Shown: positions 1-8,980 of the stretch, in pieces
Layout of the letters: each line of letters starts with the position of its first letter
How positions within the stretch are numbered: position 1 is the stretch's first letter
Source of the DNA: Candidatus Entotheonellaceae bacterium
Lineage (GTDB): Bacteria > Tectomicrobia > Entotheonellia > Entotheonellales > Entotheonellaceae
NCBI GenBank assembly: GCA_965238075.1
Contig: OZ250173.1
Coordinates: 2,592,001-2,656,000, forward strand
Length of the DNA: 64,000 nt
Reading direction: 5' to 3'
Notes under the pieces: model-generated
What the model was told of the DNA's origin: nothing
Seen by the model: the letters and a program-made list of their open reading frames with translations, nothing else
The model's database searches: none
Made by a program: the position numbers and the translations under genes

Positions 1-317
1 CGCCGCTGATTCTGGATCAGCCCGAAGGCGACCTTGACAATCGGTCCATTACCGAGGGCATCGTGCCCCGGATGCGTGAGGAAAAACAGCGGCGGCAGTT
101 CATCTTCTCGACCCACAACGCCAACATCCCGGTGCTCGGCGACGCCGAACTGATCCTCGGGCTGACCGCCTCGGGCGAGTCCGGCGGCGGACAGGGGCGC
201 ATCGCGCCGGAGCACCTGGGTTCTATTGATACCCAACTGGTGCGCGCGTTGGTGGAGGACATTCTCGAGGGCGGCAAAGACGCCTTTGAGACGAGACGGC
301 TGAAGTACGGCTTCTGA
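1..317 (+). CDS. 3' end of an ABC/SMC-like ATPase (TrlF/PHP-associated AAA-like family), truncated by the window edge
   Basis: Frame from nt 3 reads PLILDQPEGDLDN (Walker B/D-loop) ... QFIFSTHNANIPVLGDAE (H-loop), typical of this family. Confidence 0.75.
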   Translation, partial: PLILDQPEGDLDNRSITEGIVPRMREEKQRRQFIFSTHNANIPVLGDAELILGLTASGESGGGQGRIAPEHLGSIDTQLVRALVEDILEGGKDAFETRRLKYGF

Positions 318-332
318 GAACAAGGAAGAACC

Positions 333-1040
333 ATGTGCGGTCGCTTCACCCAGCAACTGACCGGAGGCGAGATTCACGACCTGTACGGTGCGACGCAGCC
401 AACGCTGCCGATGGAACTGCCACCGCGTTACAACGGTGCGCCGACGCAGGACTTCGCAGCCTGCCGGCTCGATGAGACGGGGCGCCGTGTCGTAACCAGG
501 TTGCGTTGGGGACTGGTGCCGTTCTGGGCGAAGGATGTCGGGATCGGTGCGCGGTTGATCAACGCACGGGCGGAGACGGTGAGCGATAAGCCGGCGTACC
601 GGGCGGCCTTTCGCGCCCGCCGGTGTCTGGTGCCGGCCAATGGCTGGTTCGAGTGGCAGCGCGCCGGGCGTAGCAAGCAGCCCTGGTTTGTCGCTTTGAC
701 GGATGGCTCGCCGGTGTCGTTCGCGGCGCTGTGGGAATGCTGGGACAAGGCGGGCGACGGTCTGGAAACCTTCACCATCATCACCACGGAAGCCTGCGAG
801 AGTCTGACGGATATTCATCACCGCCAGCCCGCGATCATCCACCCCGACCATGTTGCCGATTGGCTTGATCCGGCCTCGCGGCCCGATCAACTCCTTGATC
901 TGGTGCGTGAACCTTGCGCCGGCCCCTTCGAGAAACGCCCCCTCAGTACCCGGGTGAACAGCGTTGCCAATAACGACGTAAGCATCCTGAGCCCCGCGCG
1001 GCTGCACCGCACTTCGGAGCCAGGGCTGTTTGACCGATAG
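333..1040 (+). CDS. SOS response-associated peptidase (SRAP/YedK/HMCES family) abasic-site protein
   Basis: N-terminal MCGRF (catalytic Cys2); RWGLVP, INARAET, GWFEW, IHHRQP motifs. Confidence 0.92.
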   Translation: MCGRFTQQLTGGEIHDLYGATQPTLPMELPPRYNGAPTQDFAACRLDETGRRVVTRLRWGLVPFWAKDVGIGARLINARAETVSDKPAYRAAFRARRCLVPANGWFEWQRAGRSKQPWFVALTDGSPVSFAALWECWDKAGDGLETFTIITTEACESLTDIHHRQPAIIHPDHVADWLDPASRPDQLLDLVREPCAGPFEKRPLSTRVNSVANNDVSILSPARLHRTSEPGLFDR

Positions 1041-1055
1041 AGGGGAGCATTCGCT

Positions 1056-1352
1056 TTACTCGCCCGTGTTGGTCAGTTCAAGCCGCAAGCGCTTACCGCA
1101 TACAGTCGCTGCTTTTTGAAGGGTGTGAAGCGTAACAGAGGAATTGCTCGGATCTAACAAACGGTTCAGGGCCGCTCGGCTCGTTTGCATGCGGGCCGCC
1201 ATGGCCGTTCGAGTCAAGCCCTTCTCCTGCAGGGCACGCTTGATCTGCTCGGCCAGCAATTCTTTAATCGCCTGTTCTTCGCAGGCTTCGAGAAGGCCCT
1301 CCTTAGCTAAAAAGTCATCGAAGGAGGATCCGACACGGGGGTTCTGGCTCAT
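1056..1352 (-). CDS. XRE/HTH antitoxin (HigA-like)
   Basis: GSSFDDFL N-terminus, HTH MAARMQTSRAALNRLLDP; 4-nt overlap with upstream toxin gene. Confidence 0.85.
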   Translation of the reverse strand: MSQNPRVGSSFDDFLAKEGLLEACEEQAIKELLAEQIKRALQEKGLTRTAMAARMQTSRAALNRLLDPSNSSVTLHTLQKAATVCGKRLRLELTNTGE

Positions 1353-1699
1353 GGTCCAACTTCCTTCTGATCGCGTTCGATTTCCATTTTGCGCGCTCGG
1401 GCGAGATCGAGGTCCCGCTTTGGTGTCTTCTGGGTCTTCTTGATGAAGCCGTGCAGTAAGATCATTTGACCCTCAACGATGCAGAAGAATACCCGGGCGG
1501 TGCGCTGTGACGGTAATTCGCTACGAACTTCCCACAGACCTTGGCCGAGAGCGCGACAGACGGGCAATCCAAGCGGCCAACCGAACTCAACTTTTCGAAT
1601 ATCCTTGCCGATGACTTGGCGCTCGCTCTGGGCTAGGCGCTTCAGCCATTCGCGAACAGGTTCATGGCCGTTGGTGTTGCGATAAAACCGTGTAGGCAA
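1349..1699 (-). CDS. Type II toxin, RelE/ParE superfamily (Gp49/DUF891-like); start approximate
   Basis: FY..NG.EPVREWL, GLWEVRS, ILLHGFIKKTQKTP motifs; toxin-before-antitoxin order. Confidence 0.85.
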   Translation of the reverse strand: MPTRFYRNTNGHEPVREWLKRLAQSERQVIGKDIRKVEFGWPLGLPVCRALGQGLWEVRSELPSQRTARVFFCIVEGQMILLHGFIKKTQKTPKRDLDLARARKMEIERDQKEVGP

Positions 1700-1825
1700 T
1701 TTCTTGATGAAGGACCCGAAGCAAGTGTATCTAAAATGATACGGTCAATCAATTGTGAAGTGTGACGATTGTTTCTGCTGGAAGGGCGCGACCCGTCCGG
1801 TGGGAACACCTGGGTAGAGAGAAGT

Positions 1826-2713
1826 TCACCGGCTCAGCATCGCGGCCATTGCCAGCACGCGCTGGGCGGATTCGACGATGGGGTAGTCGATGAACTGGCC
1901 GTCGAGCTGGATGGAGGCCAGGCCGTCGGCTTCGGCTTGGGTGAAGGCATCGACGACGCGGGTGGCGAAGTCGATTTCGGCGGCTGAAGGGGAGAAGACA
2001 GTATTGAGCGGCTCGACTTGGCTGGGGTGGATGGCCATTTTGCCCTGGAAGCCGAGTTGCTTGGCGGTACGGGCGCTGCGGGTAAGGCCGCGTTGATCGC
2101 GCAGGTCCACCCAGACGGTGTCGAGGGGCGATTCGAGGCCGGCGGCGCGGGAGGCGATAACCAGGGCGGAACGGGCGTGCTGGCTTTCGATTTCGCGCCG
2201 CGACCAGGCGACACCGATGTCGCGGGTGAAATCGCCGGCGCCGAAGGCGAGGCGTTTGACGCGCGTGCCGGAGGCGGCGATGTCGTAAGCGCGCTGCACG
2301 GCGAGGGCAGTCTCCACAATGGGAATGACGTCGACGCTGCCGGGCGCGAGGCCGTGCTGCGTTTCGAGCCCCTGCAGCAGCGTGTCGGTACGGCGCAGGT
2401 CGTCGGGCGATTCCACCTTGGGCAGGATGATACCCGCCAAGCCGGGCCGTACGATCGCGGCCATATCCGCCTCGCCGATGGGCTGCGAAAATCCCGTCGT
2501 CGCCACCAGCGGGTTGATGCGCACGTACACGGGGCACGTGTCGATAGCGCCGACCGCTTCGCGCACCGCTTGCCGGGTGGCTTCCTTCTCGCTGATCGGC
2601 ACCGCGTCTTCGAGGTCCAGAATCACGGCGTCGGCGCCGCACTGTCCCACCTTTTGTAGCATGCGCGGGCGATTGCCGGGGGCAAACAACAGGGTTCGCA
2701 ACGGGCTTGGCAT
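1826..2713 (-). CDS. CoA-ester lyase, CitE/malyl-CoA lyase family
   Basis: RTLLFAPGNRP, ILDLEDAV, LPKVES, IVETA, GFQGKMAIHPSQ, LDGQFID motifs. Confidence 0.88.
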   Translation of the reverse strand: MPSPLRTLLFAPGNRPRMLQKVGQCGADAVILDLEDAVPISEKEATRQAVREAVGAIDTCPVYVRINPLVATTGFSQPIGEADMAAIVRPGLAGIILPKVESPDDLRRTDTLLQGLETQHGLAPGSVDVIPIVETALAVQRAYDIAASGTRVKRLAFGAGDFTRDIGVAWSRREIESQHARSALVIASRAAGLESPLDTVWVDLRDQRGLTRSARTAKQLGFQGKMAIHPSQVEPLNTVFSPSAAEIDFATRVVDAFTQAEADGLASIQLDGQFIDYPIVESAQRVLAMAAMLSR

Positions 2714-2736
2714 CTCTGGGTTCTCCAGCTACTGCT

Positions 2737-2772
2737 CCCTCTCCCCTTGGAGGGAGAGGGTTGGGGTGGGGG
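2737..2772. repeat. REP-like palindrome, family B (CCCTCTCCC-n-GGGAGAGGG)
   Basis: Hairpin ccctctccccttggagggagaggg; related copies at 30471-30553 and 54894-54932. Confidence 0.75.
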
Positions 2773-2893
2773 GGAAGTCTTGACGTCCCAACATCAAGGA
2801 AGCTTGTCCGGGGGCAGGCATTCTGCCACAATCGCCGCATCGCCTCCAGGTTTCGACACGCCAACGACATCAGGGAAATGAAGGAGACAGTTC

Positions 2894-3631
2894 ATGCGCG
2901 AAAACCGCATCAAGCGCCAATTGCAAGCGGGCCAGACGGCGATTGCCGTCTCCGGCCATCACAATGCGGACATGATCGATTTTCTCGGACAATTCGGCTT
3001 CGACGGCGTGTGGCTTGAGGGCGAGCACGGCCCCGTGGATTGGGACGCCATCGGCGACATGTCGCGCGCCTGCGACCTGTGGGGCATGGCATCGGTGACG
3101 CGCGTCAACAACAACGACCCCGGCACCATCATGCGTGCCCTCGACCGCGGCACCATGGGCGTCGTGGTGCCGCACGTCAACAGCCGCGAAGCCGCCGAGC
3201 AGGCCATGAAGTCGGCCAAATACGCTCCCGTCGGCTATCGCGGCATGTTCGGCGGCCGCCAGTCCTTCGGGGTGCCGGATTATTTCCAGCACGCCAATGA
3301 CCAAACCCTCATCGTCGTGCTGATCGAGGAAATCGAGGCCGTCAACAACCTCGCCGAGATACTCACCGTGGACGATATCGACGTGTTCTTCGTCGCCCCC
3401 GCCGACCTCGCCCAGACCATGGGCCACATCGGCAACCATACCCACCCGGACGTGCAAGCCACCATCGATAAAGCTCTGGCCCAGATCATTGCCGCCGGAA
3501 GAACGGCGGGCACGCTGGCGACGGACGACAACGTGGCGCGCTACCGCGACGCCGGGGTGCGCTTCTTCCTGACGGGCTGGACCAATTGGGTATCGCAGGG
3601 TGCCAAGGGTTTCCTGCAGCGGGTGCGGTGA
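2894..3631 (+). CDS. HpcH/HpaI class II aldolase family protein
   Basis: GFDGVWLEGEHG, RALDRG..GVVVPHV, LIEEIEA, FFVAPADL motifs. Confidence 0.88.
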   Translation: MRENRIKRQLQAGQTAIAVSGHHNADMIDFLGQFGFDGVWLEGEHGPVDWDAIGDMSRACDLWGMASVTRVNNNDPGTIMRALDRGTMGVVVPHVNSREAAEQAMKSAKYAPVGYRGMFGGRQSFGVPDYFQHANDQTLIVVLIEEIEAVNNLAEILTVDDIDVFFVAPADLAQTMGHIGNHTHPDVQATIDKALAQIIAAGRTAGTLATDDNVARYRDAGVRFFLTGWTNWVSQGAKGFLQRVR

Positions 3632-3706
3632 TCAGCCTTCATGTCGGCGTTGTCGGTCTGTCGGATTACGCTGCGCTAGAGCACTTTCGGATCCCAACGG
3701 CTTATG

Positions 3707-3783
3707 GTCACCCCGGCGAAAGAACGTCACCCCGGACCCCGGATCAAGTCCGGGGCAGGCTTTGATCCGGGGCCGGAGTCCAG
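3707..3783. repeat. Palindromic repeat, family A (GTCA(T/C)(T/C)CCGG...CCGGA(A/G)TCCA type)
   Basis: Nested hairpins; near-copy at 59303-59405, related copies at 6824-6875, 16974-17051, 23733-23805. Confidence 0.8.
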
Positions 3784-3814
3784 GAGTTCGCCTGGGATAA
3801 GAGCCTGCCCGGGA

Positions 3815-3935
3815 CTAAAGTGCGTTCACGTTGATACCAAGAATTTTCGCGGAAGCTTGCCCAGTTGTAACCAAAGCGCCCTCACAGGGACCTCGACTCC
3901 GAAAAATTCTTCATCTCAAACGAAACGCACATTAA
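3815..3935 (+). mobile_element. 121-bp MITE-like element, copy 1
   Basis: Ungapped inverted copy of 6692-6812 (about 16 mismatches by manual alignment); own terminal inverted repeats CTAAAGTGCGTT...AACGCACATTAA; contains the TAA stop of the grdE-like gene. Confidence 0.75.
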
Positions 3936-5227
3936 AAATCCAGGCACCCCTGCTTACCAAAGCCATAAAAGTCATGCAGATGGGTAACGCCGTATCTGCC
4001 GTGGATCGGCGGCTTTTCCTCGTACCAATTTGGGTCAGGCTGGCGCAGCCCGAGAACGCGCTCCACCTTTGGAAAGGTGACCTCGACGCCGCCGGTGCCC
4101 GTGCTCACCGCTGACACGATCTCCGGCACGGACATCAGCAACGGCGGCGCATTGCCATTTTCGTTGTCTTCCTCTTCGGTCATGAGGACCGTATCCACCC
4201 CCACCCGTTCGAGTGCCTGAACCGTGAGAACCGTTTCCACAAAGCGCTGACCGCGCTGATTGGTAGTCACAATGGCCCCGTTGGCGCCCAGGGCAGAGGC
4301 CATCTGCGCCGCCCGATTTGCCATGAGTTGTTTTTCGGCTTGGGCTTCCCAATTGCTGCGTACCACGATGCAACCGACAAAATTGAAGTCCTGGCCATGA
4401 CGCGAGCACAGGTAGGGCACGATCGTTTCCATGATGGGCCAGGTAAAATGTTCCATGTAGGTGCCGAAAACAGCGCCATCGATCATCTCCGTGGGTCGCA
4501 GAAGCCAGGGTTCGGTGAGGCGTCCGATACCGTACACGTTGGTGCCCAGGCTGGTACGTGGACCAAACCGGTACTCCGCCGAAGCCAAGGCCGGGACAAA
4601 CACGATATTGGGTAAGGCGTTGTCACGATAGTCAAGATCGTACGTGGTGATCTCGTGCGGTTCAAAGCCTCGTGTAGTCTCCGCCAGGCGGTCGTTGAGC
4701 TTCAGCATGGCGGCATTGCTCGCCCGGTTCCAGTCATCGGCATAGGATTCCTGGTGCGGTTCCATTTGCAAACAGAGGTTGATGGTGTGGGCAAAAGGGG
4801 TTACGGCACCCGGTCCCGACATATCGATAAAGGTGATGTCGCTGCGGCCCTCGACGGATGTGGCCCCCCACCAGTGCGCCCCGTCGGGGTTGAAACCGGG
4901 CATTTCGGAGCACGCGATGAGGGTCATACCGCCCAGGCGATGGGTGCGGCCTTGCCCCACTGTGGTCACGTCGCGCCCGGAGATACCGGGATAGGTGACC
5001 CCCGGACCGGATACTTTGACCTTTGGCTCAACGATGTCTCGGATCTGCACAATGCGCACCGAGTCCCCGGGGCGGGTCACGTCAATGTCTGCCCAGGCGA
5101 TATAGGGGTCTTCCATGACCAAGGCGAGAAGCTCGTCTTTGTTGACGCTCAGGACGCCGTCTTGCCAATGCGTCTGCGTTCCGAACACGATGTCACGGAC
5201 TGGAAACGTGCCGACTTCAAGTTTCAT
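3932..5227 (-). CDS. Glycine/sarcosine/betaine reductase component B, alpha/beta proprotein-like subunit (GrdE/GrdI family)
   Basis: MKLEVGTFPVRDIVFG, PGDSVRI, DIVEPKVKV, VGQGRTHRL, FIDMSGPGA, LRPTEMIDGA; ATG overlaps the stop of the upstream selenoprotein (ATGA). Confidence 0.85.
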   Translation of the reverse strand: MKLEVGTFPVRDIVFGTQTHWQDGVLSVNKDELLALVMEDPYIAWADIDVTRPGDSVRIVQIRDIVEPKVKVSGPGVTYPGISGRDVTTVGQGRTHRLGGMTLIACSEMPGFNPDGAHWWGATSVEGRSDITFIDMSGPGAVTPFAHTINLCLQMEPHQESYADDWNRASNAAMLKLNDRLAETTRGFEPHEITTYDLDYRDNALPNIVFVPALASAEYRFGPRTSLGTNVYGIGRLTEPWLLRPTEMIDGAVFGTYMEHFTWPIMETIVPYLCSRHGQDFNFVGCIVVRSNWEAQAEKQLMANRAAQMASALGANGAIVTTNQRGQRFVETVLTVQALERVGVDTVLMTEEEDNENGNAPPLLMSVPEIVSAVSTGTGGVEVTFPKVERVLGLRQPDPNWYEEKPPIHGRYGVTHLHDFYGFGKQGCLDF

Positions 5228-6567
5228 CGTGAGACGTCCTCCAGCACCGTCTGGTCGGGCTCGAAGAGAGTTGGTATGGATACGGGCGTGGTCAGGGCGT
5301 TTAGGGCAGTCGTGACGATGCGCGCTCTGAGTTCGTGGTCTCTGTCCTCGGATAAAGCCGGGTCCCCGCACACATGAGGCACACGCACGCCTCGAACGAC
5401 ACGGCTGGCGCCGACCGAGAGTGGAATGGCCGGCATAGCCGTCATCATACCCACAGGAATTCCTGCCCTCTCAATTTCCTTGGCTAACGTTGCACCGCAA
5501 CGGTTACAGCTGCCTCACGTGGCCACCAGCAAAACGCCATCCACGTGGTTCGCGGTCAGTTCTGCGGCAATCTCACCGCCCATGCGTCTGGCAGCGCTTA
5601 CCGCCGTAGCGTTGCCGGTGGTCGAGAAAAACTGTGGGTAGACATGCTTGATGTGCCCAGCATCTTCGAGATAACGCACGGTACTCAAGGGCATGGCGTA
5701 ATTGGGATCCTTGGTGTTGAGGATGAGGGTGCCGAAGCCACCGTGTACCGACTCCCATTCTTCCACAGTCAGGGAGCTGACTTGCTCGATGTCGTATTTG
5801 AAAAACTGTTCCGCCTTAGAACCCACCAAGCGGTCCCGGTTACCGCGAGGCACCAAGCCACCGCTGGAGACCAGCCCGATGACGGCATCTTTCAGGTCGC
5901 GTAACGGTGGAGCGGGTGTGACGTCGTCGTATCCGGTGAGGCACATTTCAGAGTTGTAAGGTTTTCCCGCCATGCGGGCCAGCAACATATCGGCTGCTCT
6001 TCCATAACCGTACTTCTCGTGCATCACCTCTTGGCGTCTGCCAGTAGGGACATAACCCGCAGCGACCGCCGGCCCCAACTCTGTACCGCGGACCCGTTTA
6101 AGGGCCAGCGTAGCCATCTGGCGCAATATCGCAACCATCTCGGTGCTGTCCGTGCCAGTAGATACGGCCAGTACATCGCTCCGGTACGTGAGTATTCCCG
6201 CGTTATCAGGATGCATGCCCGTAACGGCAGGGATGTTTCGAGCGGTGGCGATACGACACACCTCCGCGCAAGCCAGCCCGTATCGTCCGGCGTCAAAAGC
6301 CGGACCCGCGATGACCACGTCGGGCCTAAGTTCGTCAAGATACCTTTCCACCGCGGGTTTGGCAGCGTCCAACTCTTCAGTAAAATAGTTGTCACCCGCA
6401 ATGAGGGTCCCAACAATCGTCGCTTGGTCACCCAAGGCGCCCTGGAGCGCACGACCGGGTCCTACCGGTCCCGGTTTGACCTGGACCGGCTCGTACGCCT
6501 GTGCTTCGCCACCAATGCCGCCGAAAAACTGGTTCAAGTAGTGCACGACTCGGATTGCTTCTGCCAT
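5224..6567 (-). CDS. Glycine/sarcosine/betaine reductase selenoprotein B (GrdB/GrdH family), 447 aa with Sec at codon 351 (TGA 5517-5515)
   Basis: VVHYLNQFFGGIGGE, AGPAFDAGRYG, HGGF; reading through TGA gives VAT-U-GSCNRCGATLAKEIERAGIP, matching the U-x-x-C-x-x-C motif, and the frame stays open to 5224. Confidence 0.92.
5482..5514 (-). promoter_or_regulatory. Putative bacterial SECIS hairpin downstream of the GrdB-like UGA
   Basis: TGA-GGCAGCTGTAAC-CGTTGC-GGT-GCAACG-TTAGCC: 6-bp stem with G-containing apical loop starting 12 nt after UGA. Confidence 0.65.
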
Positions 6568-6691
6568 CAGCCTCTCCTCCGTTCTACGGTAGGTGTTTAT
6601 GGTTGACGTCACGCCTGTACCGCGGATGCCTTGGCATCGCTTCAGCGCTATTTTAAGCCAGCGCCGAAAGGGATCAATCAAATCCACAACT

Positions 6692-6812
6692 CTAACGTGC
6701 GTTTCGTTTGAGAGTAAGAATTTTTTGGTGTTGAGGGCCATGCGAGGGCGTTTTGGCTACAACTGGCCAAGCTTCTGCGAAAATTCCTGGTATCAAAGTG
6801 AACGCACTTTAG
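6692..6812 (-). mobile_element. 121-bp MITE-like element, copy 2 (inverted)
   Basis: Reverse complement aligns without gaps to 3815-3935; TIRs CTAACGTGCGTT / AACGCACTTTAG. Confidence 0.75.
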
Positions 6813-6823
6813 ATCCGGGTTCA

Positions 6824-6875
6824 CTGGATTCCGGGGCCTGCCCCGGACCTGATCCGGGGTCAAGCCCGGAATGAC
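6824..6875. repeat. Palindromic repeat, family A
   Basis: ctggattccgggg...caagcccggaatgac with inner hairpin ccccggacctgatccgggg. Confidence 0.8.
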
Positions 6876-6924
6876 GCCTCTTGGATGGTTCATTCAGAAC
6901 CGAAAAAGCCCTAATTCTATCTGC

Positions 6925-8073
6925 TCAGCCCTTCTTCAACGCCGGAATGACGTCCCGCCCCAGCAGTTCCAGCGACCGCATGGTTGCCTTGTGCGGCATG
7001 GCGCCGGCCTGTGCCTCCAGCAGCAAGGAGCCAAAGCCGAGCTTGTCCCGCATGTGGCTGAGCTTTTCCAGCACGGTCTGCGGGCTGCCCACCACCAGGT
7101 GATAGGCGTCCTGCAATTCCTCGTAGCTGAGCAGGTGCAGCGGCTTGCGGTCGCCGCTCGGCGCGCCGCCGCGGTGCGGACGCAGCGGCCGTCGGCGCCC
7201 GAGGTAACCCGGTGGCGCCCAGTACTCCGCGGGACCGCGCAGCGGATGCCCCATGCGCCACATGTAATGTTTACCGATCTCTTGCGCCTCCTCATCCGTG
7301 TCCGCACAAACGCAGCACACCATGTAGGCGAAATTGTCCGAGGTGGCCTCGTAGCCGGCCTCGGCGGCGTGCTCGCGGTAGGCGTCGTACAGGCGCACCG
7401 TGGCGTCCATCGGCACCAGAAACGCGGCGTAGGTGTAGCCGTGCTTCGCCGCCCACACGATAGTCTCCGGGCTGCCCGTGCCCGGCACCCAGATCGGCGG
7501 GTGCGGCTTCTGCACCGGCAGCACCCAGGGATTGATGACCCGGAAGTGATAATGGGTGCCCTCCCAGCGAAACGGCCCGGGCCGCGTCCAGGCGGCCAGC
7601 ATGAGGTCGTGGCATTCCTCGAAGCGCTCGCGGTTGTGGTTCGGGATGGTGTTGTTGGCCCACGACTCGATGCCGATGCCGCGTACCACGCCGGCGATGA
7701 TGCGGCCGCCGGAAATCACGTCCGCCATGGCCACCTCTTCGGCGAGGCGCACCGGGTTGTCGGTCGTCGGCAGCATGTTGCCCAGCAGCAGAATTTTCGC
7801 CCGTTTGGTGACCCGCCCCAGCACCGCAGCGGACAGATTGACCGCCACGTCCATGCACGACGGCGTGTTGTGATGCTCATTGATCATCAGGCCGTCGAAC
7901 CCCACTTCTTCGGCCCACTGGTACTGGTCGAAATAGTCCCGGAACAAGCCGTGCGCGGTGTCGGCGTCGAAGTACGAGTTGGGGAAGGTGAGGCGCATGG
8001 AGGGGTAGCGCTCCGCTTCCGTTTCGTCGAAGGCGGCGTAGGGCATTTCGGTGAAGTAGTAGACATCGACCAT
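6925..8073 (-). CDS. LLM-class flavin-dependent oxidoreductase (luciferase-like monooxygenase)
   Basis: AEEVGFDGLMINEHH, NPVRLAEEVAMADVISGGR, PVQKPHPPIW, VVGSPQTV. Confidence 0.9.
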   Translation of the reverse strand: MVDVYYFTEMPYAAFDETEAERYPSMRLTFPNSYFDADTAHGLFRDYFDQYQWAEEVGFDGLMINEHHNTPSCMDVAVNLSAAVLGRVTKRAKILLLGNMLPTTDNPVRLAEEVAMADVISGGRIIAGVVRGIGIESWANNTIPNHNRERFEECHDLMLAAWTRPGPFRWEGTHYHFRVINPWVLPVQKPHPPIWVPGTGSPETIVWAAKHGYTYAAFLVPMDATVRLYDAYREHAAEAGYEATSDNFAYMVCCVCADTDEEAQEIGKHYMWRMGHPLRGPAEYWAPPGYLGRRRPLRPHRGGAPSGDRKPLHLLSYEELQDAYHLVVGSPQTVLEKLSHMRDKLGFGSLLLEAQAGAMPHKATMRSLELLGRDVIPALKKG

Positions 8074-8095
8074 CGTCGTCTCCTTATGCCTCTTG

Positions 8096-8893
8096 CTAGC
8101 AGGCTTGGAACGTCAGGAAGGGTAGAGCGGCAGCGAGGAATGCGTCGGGCCTTTCGACTTGCGGCGAGTGGCCGCAGCGGTCGATCACGGTCAGCCCGGC
8201 AGCGGGAATGGCCTGCTGGTACAATTCGCCGCACTCGACCGGCACAATAGCGTCTTGCTTACCCCAGACGATCAGCGTCGGCAGCTTCACCTGGGCCATC
8301 AGGTGGGGCATCTTGGGGTTGTGCATGTAGGGTTTCCAGGTCAGCAGGGCGGCCATTTCACGGTCCCAGGCGGCGGTTTGGCGAGCCTCGGGGGTCGGCT
8401 CCTGGCCGAACAGGGCGTCGTAATCCGGCACCTGCGCGGCGTCATAGAACCGCAGCGCGTTCACTTCCTCAGAGGTCAGCAGGAAGATGTCGGCGATCTC
8501 GGCGTCGCGGGGTTTCATGCCGGCGGCGCCGACCAGCACCATGCGGCTGAGGAGTGCCGGGCACATGGCGGCCATTTCCGCCGCCAGCCAGCCGCCCATG
8601 GAGAAGCCGACCACCGGCAGCGGACCGAGCCCTTTTTCCTCCATGAACCAGCGGTAGAAATAGGCCAGATCGTGCACCCGCTCCATCCAGTCGGGCCGGT
8701 CCGAGGCGCCGAAACCGGGGTGCGACGGGGCGATGACGCGAAAATGCGCCGCCAGCGCCTCGCAGTACGGCATCCAACCCGGATTGCCGCCGGCCCCGTG
8801 CAGCACCAGCAGCGGCTCGCCGCTGCCGCCGCTGAAGACCTGGGTGTCAAGGCCCGCAACGCTTATCGTTTCTTCCTGCCAATTGCTCGCCAC
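8096..8893 (-). CDS. Alpha/beta hydrolase
   Basis: LHGAGG, PGFGAS, GFSMGG nucleophile elbow, WGKQD, CGHSP. Confidence 0.9.
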   Translation of the reverse strand: MASNWQEETISVAGLDTQVFSGGSGEPLLVLHGAGGNPGWMPYCEALAAHFRVIAPSHPGFGASDRPDWMERVHDLAYFYRWFMEEKGLGPLPVVGFSMGGWLAAEMAAMCPALLSRMVLVGAAGMKPRDAEIADIFLLTSEEVNALRFYDAAQVPDYDALFGQEPTPEARQTAAWDREMAALLTWKPYMHNPKMPHLMAQVKLPTLIVWGKQDAIVPVECGELYQQAIPAAGLTVIDRCGHSPQVERPDAFLAAALPFLTFQAC

Positions 8894-8980
8894 GCTGCTT
8901 CTCCTATCGCTCGCTGCGTTCGCGCTACTCGTTCCATACGCACGCCTACGCTTCGCTTTCGGCGTGCTGTGGACGCGCCG

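Larger units (their letters stand above)
3677..6913. mobile_element. Putative non-autonomous cargo element (TA-bounded, imperfect TIRs) carrying the grdB/grdE-like genes
   Basis: Left end TAGAGCACTTTCGGATC versus right end (reverse complement) TAGGGCTTTTTCGGTTC; the flanks look like two halves of one split GTAG-type REP; mirror-image internal repeats. Confidence 0.5.

Noticed and set aside
3704-4114. Similar short ORFs at 3704-4114 (+) and 6678-6893 (-)
   Set aside because: The similarity comes from translating the repeated 121-bp element and palindromes; no protein evidence.
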